NCBI GenBank assembly: GCA_043802665.1
Contig: JAZDKW010000010.1
Location: 4,024-68,023, forward strand
Direction: 5' to 3'
DNA length: 64,000 bases
Origin: Patescibacteria group bacterium
GTDB lineage: Bacteria > Patescibacteriota > Kazan-3B-28 > UBA10110
Positions 1 to 9,325 of this stretch are shown here, in pieces. Position 1 is the stretch's first letter, and every line of letters begins with the position of its first letter. Made by a program: the position numbers and the translations under genes. The notes beneath the pieces are model-generated. The model did no database searches. It saw nothing but the letters and a program-made list of their open reading frames with translations, and was not told where the DNA came from.

Positions 1-126
1 TCCACCTTTATAACTAACTGCCATTTTTCGCAGTCCTTTTCTCCTTTTAGTGACAGCTTTCACCATATAATCGGCTCTATCGCGATATTTCCTGGTTTCC
101 ATGGCCACATTATCTCATGAAAGAAA

Positions 127-166
127 CTTTCACAGGCAGCCGCTCTACCGCTGAGCTACCCCGGAT
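127..166 (-). tRNA. Possible 5' half of a tRNA (acceptor, D-arm and 5' anticodon strand with GTG in the loop), not closed by a 3' half before the window edge. May be an intron-containing or split tRNA gene.
   Basis: The minus strand reads CCGGGGTA-GCTC-AGCGGTA-GAGC-G-GCTGC-CTGTGAA, a canonical D-arm and anticodon 5' strand. The 3' anticodon strand (expected GCAGC) is absent; AGTTTCTTTCA follows instead. Only about 120 nt remain to the window edge. Confidence 0.25.
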
Positions 167-225
167 TGTTAAGTTACTTCGTAACTAATGTAACACCAAT
201 TTAACCAATCTTCACCAATTTCCAA

Positions 226-588
226 TCACGACGCAGAAACTTTACGCTTGATGGACGCCAATATCTTAACGATTTCACCACACTCCGTAGATAGAGCACT
301 GGATTTATCACCTATCAACTCCGTTTCGCGCAATAATCTCAACCAATACAACGCTTCTTTGGACTCCTTAATGGCAATCGATAATTTACTAACAAAGTCC
401 TTGCGCGATTCTGATTCACTAGCTTCCATCATATTCGCAGATATAGAGGTAGCTGATTTGACCAATTGCATCATCATCGGCCGATGAATTATAACCAGAT
501 CAGTTTCTTTAGACAAACAAACCACGGCTTTAGAAAAATCAAAGCAACGGGGATAAATATCTAATTTTTCAACAACACTTTCCCCCAT
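226..588 (-). CDS. Four-helix-bundle protein (the '23S rRNA intervening-sequence protein' family), typically found next to or in introns of RNA genes.
   Basis: 120 aa. The helical, heptad-like sequence (…KEALYWLRLLRE…) sits right upstream of the tRNA-like fragment. Confidence 0.5.
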   Translation of the reverse strand: MGESVVEKLDIYPRCFDFSKAVVCLSKETDLVIIHRPMMMQLVKSATSISANMMEASESESRKDFVSKLSIAIKESKEALYWLRLLRETELIGDKSSALSTECGEIVKILASIKRKVSAS

Positions 589-639
589 TCAATTGGTTAA
601 TTGGTGCACATTGGTGACATTGGAAATTAAATTAAAAGA

Positions 640-2157
640 TTACTCTAAATAATCTTTTAATTTTTTGCTATCTTTAGACTTCTTCAATTTAGCAAGGGCC
701 TTGGCTTCAATTTGACGAATACGTTCACGGGTAACTCCAAACTCCCTGCCTACCTCTTCCAAAGTATGCGCCCATTCCCCATCCAAACCAAAGCGCATCT
801 TTAGGATCCTTTGCTCCCGAGGAGTTAGCAGATGCAAGACAGTGCTGATATCTGATTTCAATAGATCCTGGGCTGATTGTTCGTCTGGTGTCAAACTATC
901 CTCGTCTTTGATGAAGTCACCCAATAAACTATCGTCCTCGTCACCAACAGATTTCTCCAACGATACAGTCTCCTGCGAAATCTTGAGGATATGATTAACC
1001 TTTTCTATCTCCAAACCCATTTCGTTAGCGATCTCTTCCGGCGAAGGCGGCCGACCTAATTCTTGCACCAATTGCCGTTGGGTGCGCGCCAACCGATTCA
1101 TCGTTTCAACCATATGCACCGGGATGCGAATCGTTCGAGCTTGATCGGCAATCGCCCGCGTAATCGCTTGCTTAATCCACCAGGTAGCATAAGTCGAAAA
1201 CTTAAAACCACGTTTGTAATCAAATTTGTCTACTGCCTTCATTAGACCGATGTTCCCCTCCTGAATCAAATCCAAGAGTGACAATCCGCGACCAATATAT
1301 TTCTTGGCGATGCTCACAACCAAACGCAAGTTAGCCTCCGCCAACTGCTTCGCCGCCATTTTATCACCGGCGGCCACACGCTTGGCTAACGCCACCTCTT
1401 CTGGTTTCTTCAACAGCGCAATCTGCCCGATCTCCTTAAGATACATCCTGACGGAATCTTCCCCGATTGCTTCCGTAGACTCCTCTGCACTCAAGCCTTT
1501 TTTGGTGGGCTTTTTGCTTTTTTTAACCTTCTTTGTCGCCACATCCGATGCACCCGTTTGCCAGATCAAATCCTCTCGCAGATCCACTACTTCGATACTT
1601 AGATCAAAGAAGGCTTCATATAATCTATCCAGCAGTTCAATGTTGTGCTCTGCATCTGGAACAGCTTGATTAAGTTCCTGCTGGGTAATAAAATTCTGAT
1701 CTTGCCCTTTTAGTAACAAGAACTCTACCTCGGACGGAAAATGGTACTTCTTTATCCGGTCCTTGAAACTTCTAACATCATCGAGTTCGTCTACTAATTC
1801 CAGCTCGGGCTCTTGCCCTTCTGTTCCAACAACCTTGGCTTCTATTTCCTCTGTCTTCGTTGTGGAGGCAAGTTCTTGGGATACATTTTTCTTTCGGGCC
1901 ACCTTTAGATTGCCGAATGGCCCCCGCAAAAGTGCGGTGGCAGTTTTTTTGGCCACTTTTTTTACTCGGCCCAGGCCCAGAGCCGCTTTTTTCACTTGCT
2001 TGGCCGGCTTCTTTGCCGACTTAGTCGCCTTCTTGGCTAACTTGACCTTCTTTTTCAAAGGCCGAAGTTGGCGCTTTTGCGCCTTATCACGAGTTTTTTT
2101 GCCCCGCCCAGTTGACCGGGAACGGGTCCCTTTGGTCAGGGATTTTTTCTTTGCCAT
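640..2157 (-). CDS. rpoD: RNA polymerase sigma-70 factor RpoD with a roughly 150-aa Lys-rich N-terminal extension.
   Basis: Regions 2, 3 and 4 of sigma-70 are recognisable: [16 protein letters not shown] and [27 protein letters not shown]. Confidence 0.92.
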   Translation of the reverse strand: MAKKKSLTKGTRSRSTGRGKKTRDKAQKRQLRPLKKKVKLAKKATKSAKKPAKQVKKAALGLGRVKKVAKKTATALLRGPFGNLKVARKKNVSQELASTTKTEEIEAKVVGTEGQEPELELVDELDDVRSFKDRIKKYHFPSEVEFLLLKGQDQNFITQQELNQAVPDAEHNIELLDRLYEAFFDLSIEVVDLREDLIWQTGASDVATKKVKKSKKPTKKGLSAEESTEAIGEDSVRMYLKEIGQIALLKKPEEVALAKRVAAGDKMAAKQLAEANLRLVVSIAKKYIGRGLSLLDLIQEGNIGLMKAVDKFDYKRGFKFSTYATWWIKQAITRAIADQARTIRIPVHMVETMNRLARTQRQLVQELGRPPSPEEIANEMGLEIEKVNHILKISQETVSLEKSVGDEDDSLLGDFIKDEDSLTPDEQSAQDLLKSDISTVLHLLTPREQRILKMRFGLDGEWAHTLEEVGREFGVTRERIRQIEAKALAKLKKSKDSKKLKDYLE

Positions 2158-2172
2158 ATGCTAATAGAATAA

Positions 2173-3954
2173 TTAAAATTGTCGGTTAAATTCCTCTAAA
2201 AGCTCTTTGAGTTTGACAGCGTTACCCGCTATCTCCGCCTCATTAATCTGGAGATTCAGATTGGCCATAGCTTGCCGCACCGAGCGTTGTTTCAATAAAT
2301 TGACGTAAAATTTCAGCTCCTGCGCCACCTCATCCGGTGGCATCTCGGCATAATATTCCTCAACCATTACCAGCATTTCCAGAAGGTCTACTTTGTCTTG
2401 GTACTCTAATTGTTCAATAAACCCGTCTAAGGAAAATTCTTTCCCAGTATAGCAATTTTTTAGCTCTGCGTAAACTTTTTTGCTTAGCGCATCGGGCCAA
2501 GTTACCTGATCTAAAGTTTCTTTAATCTCCTCTAATTGTTTTGGGCTGAAAACTAACATCCCTATAATCCGCCGTTCCAGCCAATCCGCCCTCTCCGTCG
2601 GCTTAGCCACCTCGTTTGGCATCACTCCGGACCGTTGAAAAGCCTTGCCAGGCCGCTCTCGTCTGATTCCTCCTCCTGGCCTGCGCTTAGCCTCTAATCC
2701 TTTTAGTGCCTCATACAAATTGGCCTGACTAACATCCAATGCCGACGACAGTTTTTTCACATATTGATCCTTCTCCACTGGGCTGGCTAACAGATTAATA
2801 GTCGGCAAAACCTCGGCCGCCACCTTTTTTTTGTCATTCACTGAAGACAAGCCGTATTTCTTAACAGCATAATCAATATAAAAATCCACGATCGGTACAG
2901 CCGCCTCCACTACCGCTCGCCATTTGGCCGGATCGGCCTTAGCGCATTCATCTGGATCTTTATATCCTTCTTCCAGAATTGCTACTTTAATCTCCAGATC
3001 ACTTTGCGAAGCTAATTCAATCGCCCGCTTGGTCGCTTCACTTCCCGCTCCATCCGCATCTAACGCTAAAATTAAAGTTTCGGCATAACGGCGAATCGTT
3101 TCTAATTGCTCCACGGTTAACGCTGTACCGGAAGAAGCCACCACATTCTGCACTCCAGCCTGATAAGACGACAGGGCATCCATTTGCCCTTCCACCAACA
3201 CTGCCGCTTTCTTTTCTTGAATCGCCTCCTTGGTAACAGATAAACCGTACAAAATTCTGCCCTTGTTAAAGAGGGGTGTTTCGGGAGAATTTAGATACTT
3301 GGGCTGATCCTTAGAATCCAACACCCGCCCCGTAAATCCAACCACCTTGCCACTGATGTCTGCGATCGGGAATATTAGACGGTGACGGAATTTATCTACC
3401 ACGTTGCCCCCTCGCCGAGACAGTAACCCTGCTTTTTCGCTATCTTCGCGGGTATAACCCCGTCGCGTCAGAAATTTAGCTAAATAATCCCATCCTGCCG
3501 GTGCATAACCCAGACGAAACTTCTTAGCCGTTTCTGCCGATAGTCCCCGATTAACCAAATAATTCATCGCTTGCCGCCCAGCGGTGCTATCTACCATATA
3601 TTTACCGAAAAACTTGGCCGCCAGCTCGTTAATAGCAAAGAGTTTGCTTTTTATCCCCCAATCCCTCGGCCGAGTTTTGAGTTCTACCCCAACCCGTTCC
3701 GCCAGTTGTGAAAGAGCTTCACCAAACTCTAACCCCTCTTTTTTCATCAAAAAACCAAAGACGTCTCCCCCAGCCCCACATCCAAAACAGTGCCAGATTT
3801 GCTTATCCGGGCTCACAATGAGCGAAGGGTCTTTATCTCCGTGAAATGGGCAAACCGCCCGAAAATTCCTTCCGGCCTTTTTCAAGGGTAAATATTGCCC
3901 AACAAACTCGACAATATCTACCTTGGCTTTGATCTCGTCTAACTGATCCATCAC
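2173..3954 (-). CDS. dnaG: DNA primase DnaG.
   Basis: Zinc-ribbon CPFHGDKDPSLIV…WHCFGCGAGGD and TOPRIM EGQMDALS; sits in the conserved dnaG-rpoD arrangement. Confidence 0.92.
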   Translation of the reverse strand: MMDQLDEIKAKVDIVEFVGQYLPLKKAGRNFRAVCPFHGDKDPSLIVSPDKQIWHCFGCGAGGDVFGFLMKKEGLEFGEALSQLAERVGVELKTRPRDWGIKSKLFAINELAAKFFGKYMVDSTAGRQAMNYLVNRGLSAETAKKFRLGYAPAGWDYLAKFLTRRGYTREDSEKAGLLSRRGGNVVDKFRHRLIFPIADISGKVVGFTGRVLDSKDQPKYLNSPETPLFNKGRILYGLSVTKEAIQEKKAAVLVEGQMDALSSYQAGVQNVVASSGTALTVEQLETIRRYAETLILALDADGAGSEATKRAIELASQSDLEIKVAILEEGYKDPDECAKADPAKWRAVVEAAVPIVDFYIDYAVKKYGLSSVNDKKKVAAEVLPTINLLASPVEKDQYVKKLSSALDVSQANLYEALKGLEAKRRPGGGIRRERPGKAFQRSGVMPNEVAKPTERADWLERRIIGMLVFSPKQLEEIKETLDQVTWPDALSKKVYAELKNCYTGKEFSLDGFIEQLEYQDKVDLLEMLVMVEEYYAEMPPDEVAQELKFYVNLLKQRSVRQAMANLNLQINEAEIAGNAVKLKELLEEFNRQF

Positions 3955-3960
3955 CCACCA

Positions 3961-4410
3961 TTATACCCCGATGGCTTCTTTGACTTTGACTTGATCAATA
4001 TTATCCATTGTCAGCCAGGCCGACATCAATCCAAACCCAGATTTATCGATATCAAACGGGGGGATTTTCTCGGGGTTTTCCAAAAAGATTAGCAGACAAT
4101 ATTTTTTGTCCTTAAACAACTCGAAAAACTTAGGCACCGCATCTTTGGATATACCGTCTTCACTGCCATAAGCCTCCAAAATTCTTTTAACTTTTTCCTG
4201 GGTCAAATGGGTAAAAGTAACTACTTTCTTCACCTGGGCTTTGGCTGACACCCAGTCCCCTGCATCTTTAAAATAAATTGTTTCACCAGCCTGGATCTTT
4301 CCCCACGGTGCTCGTTTAGTGGCATACCAGCGCGATTCAATAGTCTTCTCCCCAGACAAAATCTTGGGCAGAAGCTTCCACGACTTCTTCATTATCGCTA
4401 TATGATCCAT
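3961..4410 (-). CDS. ASCH (PUA-like) domain protein.
   Basis: 149 aa with …LSGEKTIESRWY…GETIYFK…, typical of ASCH. Confidence 0.45.
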   Translation of the reverse strand: MDHIAIMKKSWKLLPKILSGEKTIESRWYATKRAPWGKIQAGETIYFKDAGDWVSAKAQVKKVVTFTHLTQEKVKRILEAYGSEDGISKDAVPKFFELFKDKKYCLLIFLENPEKIPPFDIDKSGFGLMSAWLTMDNIDQVKVKEAIGV

Positions 4411-4433
4411 CGCCCCTATTATACTCTGACTGG

Positions 4434-4796
4434 CTAACTTTTTAGATCAATCCCACCAGCCTTTGTGTTGGCGTGTTTCCCCCTGGTTTGATCAACTGGG
4501 AAACGTTTTTCGTATTCTGCCATAACTTCATTAATCGCCTGCTCCGAATCAACTCCACAAAGATGAGCTATTTTTAGGATTAGAAAAACCATATCTCCAA
4601 CGAAATTAGCCACTTCTTCTTTATTTTCCTTTATTAGTCGCTGTTGTTCAGGAGCATCCACCCACTTAATCACATTCCAAAATTCCCCGATTTCCTCATT
4701 CATATTTAACAGCAAGTCCTTAATCTGCGAAGGGTTGCTCCATTCTCGCTCGTCATCAAATTTTTGAATCTTATCTTGAATGTTTTTCATAAGCAT
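4434..4796 (-). CDS. MazG-like nucleotide pyrophosphohydrolase.
   Basis: EEIGEFWNVIKW…EEVANFVGDMVFLILKIAHLCGVD matches the MazG/NTP-PPase helical motif. Confidence 0.55.
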   Translation of the reverse strand: MLMKNIQDKIQKFDDEREWSNPSQIKDLLLNMNEEIGEFWNVIKWVDAPEQQRLIKENKEEVANFVGDMVFLILKIAHLCGVDSEQAINEVMAEYEKRFPVDQTRGKHANTKAGGIDLKS

Positions 4797-4804
4797 GCTT
4801 CTTC

Positions 4805-5422
4805 CTAATTAACAGTTATGGATTCTGCCAGCAACTTTTTGACTGCCTGGGTGGCATCTTCCCAATTGTACGCGCGGATGACTCCGGTTGGGAGCTGGTC
4901 GTTTCTGTTCCAGGGTTTATCTATCAGCACCATTTTAATGTTATGCGCCATTAAGACATCGGCGTGGCGGGCATCATCATCAATAATCACCTCACATCCA
5001 GCTTGCTCACATAATTCACCTTTAGTCAATGCCGGGCTACCATCCATAGAGTAATGATTGGCAAATAATACTCCACGAAAGACACCGGGAAAGTTTTTCT
5101 CCAGATAAGTATGAGTAATGGCTTCGGCAACATGCTGGCGAGCTGTAACAATATATAGCTCGTGTCCGCACGCTAATTCTTGGATAAATTCTTGGGCGCC
5201 TGGTATCAGTGGCAAATTAGCAAACTCGGGGGTCAAGAAAAAATCATGCACATCTCGAACCGCCTGCTCCACTGTAATTTTCATAAAATTTGGCCAGTGA
5301 TAGTCCACCACATCCTCAAAACACCAATTAGTGCCATGCTGTGGGTTGTACCACTTCAAGAATTCCGCGATAAAACTACACAGCACATCATCTAAATCCA
5401 CCGCTATTTTCATATTCTTCAT
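4805..5422 (-). CDS. HAD-superfamily 5'(3')-deoxyribonucleotidase.
   Basis: N-terminal MKIAVDLDDVL (DxDxV HAD motif I); length about 200 aa. Confidence 0.6.
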   Translation of the reverse strand: MKNMKIAVDLDDVLCSFIAEFLKWYNPQHGTNWCFEDVVDYHWPNFMKITVEQAVRDVHDFFLTPEFANLPLIPGAQEFIQELACGHELYIVTARQHVAEAITHTYLEKNFPGVFRGVLFANHYSMDGSPALTKGELCEQAGCEVIIDDDARHADVLMAHNIKMVLIDKPWNRNDQLPTGVIRAYNWEDATQAVKKLLAESITVN

Positions 5423-5436
5423 TATACCCGAACGAG

Positions 5437-5790
5437 TTATTGTATTGGCGCCCGCAATTGTTTGCGGATAGTAGTATAATCCGGAATGGTTTTCGCTACC
5501 AAATTCCAGAATTTCTTTGAATGATTAAACTCCCCCAGGTGACAAAGCTCATGCACAATAATATAGTCCGCCACTTTTGGGGACAACAAAACAATTCTAT
5601 AATTAAAATTGAGGTTGCCCTTTCTTGAACAGCTCCCCCAGCGACATCGTTGATTTCTAATACTGATCCGATTAACCGCAAAATCATAATTTTGATTAAA
5701 ATAATCAATGCGCTCTCGCACCAAAGACCGGGCCAACTCTTTGTTGGCTAAAAACTCCACCCGATTTCGCCGTAATCTGAATCTAAACAT
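5437..5790 (-). CDS. YgjP/DUF45-like (SprT-like) metal-dependent hydrolase, short form.
   Basis: IIVHELCHLGEFNHSKKFW HExxH-type motif characteristic of DUF45. Confidence 0.5.
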   Translation of the reverse strand: MFRFRLRRNRVEFLANKELARSLVRERIDYFNQNYDFAVNRISIRNQRCRWGSCSRKGNLNFNYRIVLLSPKVADYIIVHELCHLGEFNHSKKFWNLVAKTIPDYTTIRKQLRAPIQ

Positions 5791-5803
5791 AGTTTTATTT
5801 TAC

Positions 5804-5872
5804 CCCGTTAGAAGCGATTAGCTATTTATATTAAGCAAGCGGAAATATGAATATTCCCTGCTTCTAACGGGG
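5804..5872. repeat. Inverted repeat ACCCCGTTAGAAGC … GCTTCTAACGGGGT (43-nt spacer) in the 5' leader of the gene at 5437..5790. Copy A of a three-member family.
   Basis: Read directly; related copies at 25727..25828 and 37103..37211. Confidence 0.6.
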
Positions 5873-5884
5873 TAAACTAAGCAA

Positions 5885-5908
5885 AAACCCGCACGGTGCG
5901 GGTTTTAA
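5885..5908. terminator. Bidirectional intrinsic terminator.
   Basis: aaaaaCCCGCACggtGCGGGtttta, a GC stem flanked by A and T runs. Confidence 0.55.
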
Positions 5909-5925
5909 AATGAGCATGGAAGAAC

Positions 5926-6264
5926 TTATAGTTGGTGCAACTTTCTTGGCTGCACCGTGGTATTGGCAGTTATCAAAGCAATAGCCATTGCCAGCATTGC
6001 CTGACGAACTTCGAATTTAAGATCGTCTGGGAATACTTCTTTGGATTCCCAAATTAACTTTGCTACCTCAGGATAGTTTGCTCTGAGGTATCTATTAATT
6101 TCGGTGATCTCGCTGTTTTTCAGTTCCTTGATCAATTCATCGCACGAAGATATTGATATCTTCTTCGGCAAACCACCCTCAAGGACTTTGATTACCGCAT
6201 GAGCTCCAAAGCTCTTTTGTCTTATTGACATACTGAATTCTCCTCCATGAGATATAAGGTGCAA
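5926..6264 (-). CDS. Hypothetical protein.
   Basis: 112-aa ORF followed by the terminator; no recognisable motif. Confidence 0.3.
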   Translation of the reverse strand: MHLISHGGEFSMSIRQKSFGAHAVIKVLEGGLPKKISISSCDELIKELKNSEITEINRYLRANYPEVAKLIWESKEVFPDDLKFEVRQAMLAMAIALITANTTVQPRKLHQL

Positions 6265-6430
6265 AATTTTGACAGACTTATACTATAAACCTTTACTCCT
6301 GATCAGTCAAGAGTATTCACAAAAACCACCCTTTTATCATCTGGCCACACCTTCATTTCCATCGGCTGGCGGATGACAAACAGTGAAAATAAAAACCCTG
6401 GGTTTAGCCCGTGAACAACTGCGAGTTTCC

Positions 6431-6622
6431 CTATAATTTATTAGTCGCCCAAGCGTAAAGCAAATACAACGCCAGCACAATTCCTACCACCAACAAAATG
6501 GTCATATACGGTGCCCAGATACTATACCAGTACGCACCGACTACGATCCCTAAAAGAAACATCGCCAACTTAAGCGAGCCTATCTCCCACCAGTCCAATT
6601 TATATTTCCCAAACAGCTTCAT
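6431..6622 (-). CDS. Small two-TM membrane protein (hypothetical).
   Basis: 63 aa with two hydrophobic helices. Confidence 0.3.
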   Translation of the reverse strand: MKLFGKYKLDWWEIGSLKLAMFLLGIVVGAYWYSIWAPYMTILLVVGIVLALYLLYAWATNKL

Positions 6623-6714
6623 ACTATTATTTTACATCCTGTGATTGGTAAAAACCATACTTATTCATTACATCGATTATTACCAACTCATACCTGCACC
6701 TACAGGGAACAAGT

Positions 6715-7893
6715 TTATTTTTTGTTCTTTTTGTGTACACCGTTTAGCCCCGGATTTTGTCTAATAATTTTCAGGTAAATTTTTATTAGCTTCCCGGCAA
6801 TTGCTTTGCTAGAAAATCTATGCGCCGTACGGCAAGCCGCCCGCGACAAACGGTAGCGTAGTGTCTTGTTCTGCAATAATTTATTAACCACTGCTATCGC
6901 TTCGTCTTGTGAATTGACCAAAAACCCATTTTGATTATTTTTGATTATTTCCGGCGCCACTCCTACTGGATAAGTCACAGGGATCAGTCCACAAGCCATT
7001 CCTTCCACTAAACTTAAGGAAAAACCTTCGTAGCGCGAAGGGATAAACAAAATACTTCCTGCCAAAGGACGAAGTAAGACAGGCAGACGGTCTTTCTTTA
7101 CATTAGTAAATAAAGCATGATTAGGTATGGCCCCACGCATCCAGTGGATTAATTTCTTGTTGGTGGTAATACAAAATGTCAATTTTTTGACATTAGGAAA
7201 TTGACGGTATAAATGCACCAGCCGATCCATGCCTTTGAGTTTTAAAGTAAAAGCATCATTTCCCAGCCGCCCCAAAAAAACAATGTCTGCCTGATCCCTA
7301 CATCTTTGAGCTCTTTTTGCTAACCAGTAATCCTCAATAGCATTGTGCACTAAATAAACTTTATTTTTATTTACTTTCATCGACAGGAGTTCTTGCTTGA
7401 CCGATTCTGACGTAGCAATCACAGCGGCCGCTCGCAAAGCCACATATTCTTCCACATCGGCAATATCCCGAAGTGGACGACGGGTTTTAATATCTAATTC
7501 CCCAATGGCTCCCTGTTTGCGCAAATCATACCAAGTTCTGCTGGTTTCCGCTTTTAACCTACGCGATAGAGGGACATTATTTAAAAACCCCTGGGTGGTT
7601 GACCCAAAGTGGCTTACTACCGGTCTATGAAAAGCCAAAAATGGCAACGGCGTGTATGTTGTACCCTGAATGATGTCAAATTTTAAAATTTCATTACGCT
7701 GTTCTAATAAAGAATAAAAAAATAGAATATTTTTCATACCGCCCAAGTAGACCGGAGTGTTAGTCAAAGATATGCGGGGATAAAAGTTTCTTATCTCTAC
7801 CCCCCGCTCTCTCAGTTTGGCAACCATTAAATCATTGATGTAATGAGCGCCTGTACCAATTTTCTTCTCATTGTGAATAAAAGCGATCTTCAT
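6715..7893 (-). CDS. Family 1 (GT4-type) glycosyltransferase.
   Basis: C-terminal EGFSLSLVEGMACGLIPV E-x7-E motif. Confidence 0.8.
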   Translation of the reverse strand: MKIAFIHNEKKIGTGAHYINDLMVAKLRERGVEIRNFYPRISLTNTPVYLGGMKNILFFYSLLEQRNEILKFDIIQGTTYTPLPFLAFHRPVVSHFGSTTQGFLNNVPLSRRLKAETSRTWYDLRKQGAIGELDIKTRRPLRDIADVEEYVALRAAAVIATSESVKQELLSMKVNKNKVYLVHNAIEDYWLAKRAQRCRDQADIVFLGRLGNDAFTLKLKGMDRLVHLYRQFPNVKKLTFCITTNKKLIHWMRGAIPNHALFTNVKKDRLPVLLRPLAGSILFIPSRYEGFSLSLVEGMACGLIPVTYPVGVAPEIIKNNQNGFLVNSQDEAIAVVNKLLQNKTLRYRLSRAACRTAHRFSSKAIAGKLIKIYLKIIRQNPGLNGVHKKNKK

Positions 7894-8092
7894 GACGCTT
7901 GTCGTTTATCGAATATACCCCATTATGGCTACATTAAATTGAATATGTCAAGATTTTATCTGTCCCAGACCACATTTTTTGCCATACCCCCTATCCGATT
8001 TCCCAATCAAAGTCATCAAGCAGAGTTTACTGAAGCTAATTTCTTAGATACACTTGATTATCACTCTTTGACAAATAAAAAGGAGGCGTCCT

Positions 8093-9136
8093 ATGAAAGA
8101 CGTCGTCATGAAAGATGTAATTATCCGTAGCACCGGGAGTTACACTCCTGATGATCGATTAACTAATGCTTGGTTCATAGAGCACCTCGATACCACCAAT
8201 GAATGGATTGTTAAGCGCACCGGGATCAAGGAAAGACGGAGAGCCGTCCCTGGAGAGACTACCTCAGATATGGGATACCAAGCCGTTAAACGGTGTCTGG
8301 AAAAAGCCAATGTCAAACCATCCGAAATTGGTTTACTCATTTGTGCAACGGTCACCGGGGACACTAATTTCCCCGCTACGGGGAAATGGATCCAGGCCAA
8401 GTTTAAGTTTAAGCATTTCGACTGTTGGTCCTGGGACCTCAAGTCCGGTTGCACATCATTTTTGGATGCTTTGGCCCCCGCCGCCGCTATGTTGCAAACG
8501 GGTATGGTTAAATACGCCGTGGTGGTCGCGGCAGAGATGATGACCAGCTTGGCTAATTACCAGGACCGAGCAACCTGTATTTTGTTCGGAGACGCCGCCG
8601 CGTGCGTATTGCTCGAGGCAGTTGATCCTTCGGAAAATCCCTTCGGTTACGGGATAAAGAATTTCCACTTCGACAGTGATCCGACTAAAACAGATTTATT
8701 GATACAACTTGCTGGCGGATCCAAAGAGCCAATTACCCAAGCCAATATAGCTTCTGGCCGACAATATTTGCATATGGATGGTAATCGGGTATATCGGGCC
8801 GCGGTAAATTCTATGGTTGCGTCGGCAAAGAAAATTTCTGAACAAGCTGGCCTCCGGGTGACTGATTTCGATTGGTGGGTATTCCATCAAGCCAATCAGC
8901 GCATCTCCGAAGAAGTAGCCCGGAGATTGCGGCTTCCCTTCGATAGGGTTTTTAATAATATTGCGGAGTTTGGTAACACCTCTGGTGCCACTCTGCCATT
9001 GTGCTTGGATCAAATGGCTACCCAAGGATTATTGCACCCGGGCCAACAAATCGGCTTCATTAGCTTCGGCACCGGCTTTTCCGGGGCAGGATGCCGAATT
9101 TCCATTGGGCATCTCCCTGAAACCGCTAAAAAGTGA
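8093..9136 (+). CDS. fabH: 3-oxoacyl-ACP synthase III (KAS III, FabH).
   Basis: Catalytic triad context: SGCTSFLDAL (Cys), HQANQRI (His), FGNTSGATLP (Asn). Confidence 0.85.
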   Translation: MKDVVMKDVIIRSTGSYTPDDRLTNAWFIEHLDTTNEWIVKRTGIKERRRAVPGETTSDMGYQAVKRCLEKANVKPSEIGLLICATVTGDTNFPATGKWIQAKFKFKHFDCWSWDLKSGCTSFLDALAPAAAMLQTGMVKYAVVVAAEMMTSLANYQDRATCILFGDAAACVLLEAVDPSENPFGYGIKNFHFDSDPTKTDLLIQLAGGSKEPITQANIASGRQYLHMDGNRVYRAAVNSMVASAKKISEQAGLRVTDFDWWVFHQANQRISEEVARRLRLPFDRVFNNIAEFGNTSGATLPLCLDQMATQGLLHPGQQIGFISFGTGFSGAGCRISIGHLPETAKK

Positions 9137-9167
9137 TCTGCATTGCTCTTAAAAATGTCCACTCTCT

Positions 9168-9195
9168 TCCCGCGACTACCAAGTCGCGGGTTTTT
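9168..9195 (+). terminator. Intrinsic terminator after fabH.
   Basis: CCCGCGActaccaagTCGCGGGttttt. Confidence 0.6.
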
Positions 9196-9198
9196 ACT

Positions 9199-9227
9199 TT
9201 GACAAACTCCCTAAAGTACCATAGTAT
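9199..9227 (+). promoter_or_regulatory. Sigma-70-like promoter for the SLH-domain gene.
   Basis: TTGACA, 17 nt, TAGTAT; AAGGAGG ribosome-binding site before the ATG at 9326. Confidence 0.35.
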
Positions 9228-9325
9228 TAGTTGACTTAACCGCAACCGATAAGAGCCACTCATGGCTTGATATAAATTAGTGCAGAAAGGTACCTTAATA
9301 ATTCGAAAAGGAGGTCGCAAAAACA

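Noticed and set aside
1063-2164. Plus-strand ORFs inside rpoD (1063..1245, 1304..1669, 1763..2164).
   Set aside because: Antisense to a strongly supported sigma-70 gene; the composition is low-complexity.
8140-9025. Several minus-strand and alternative-frame ORFs within fabH.
   Set aside because: They overlap a well-supported coding sequence with intact catalytic motifs.
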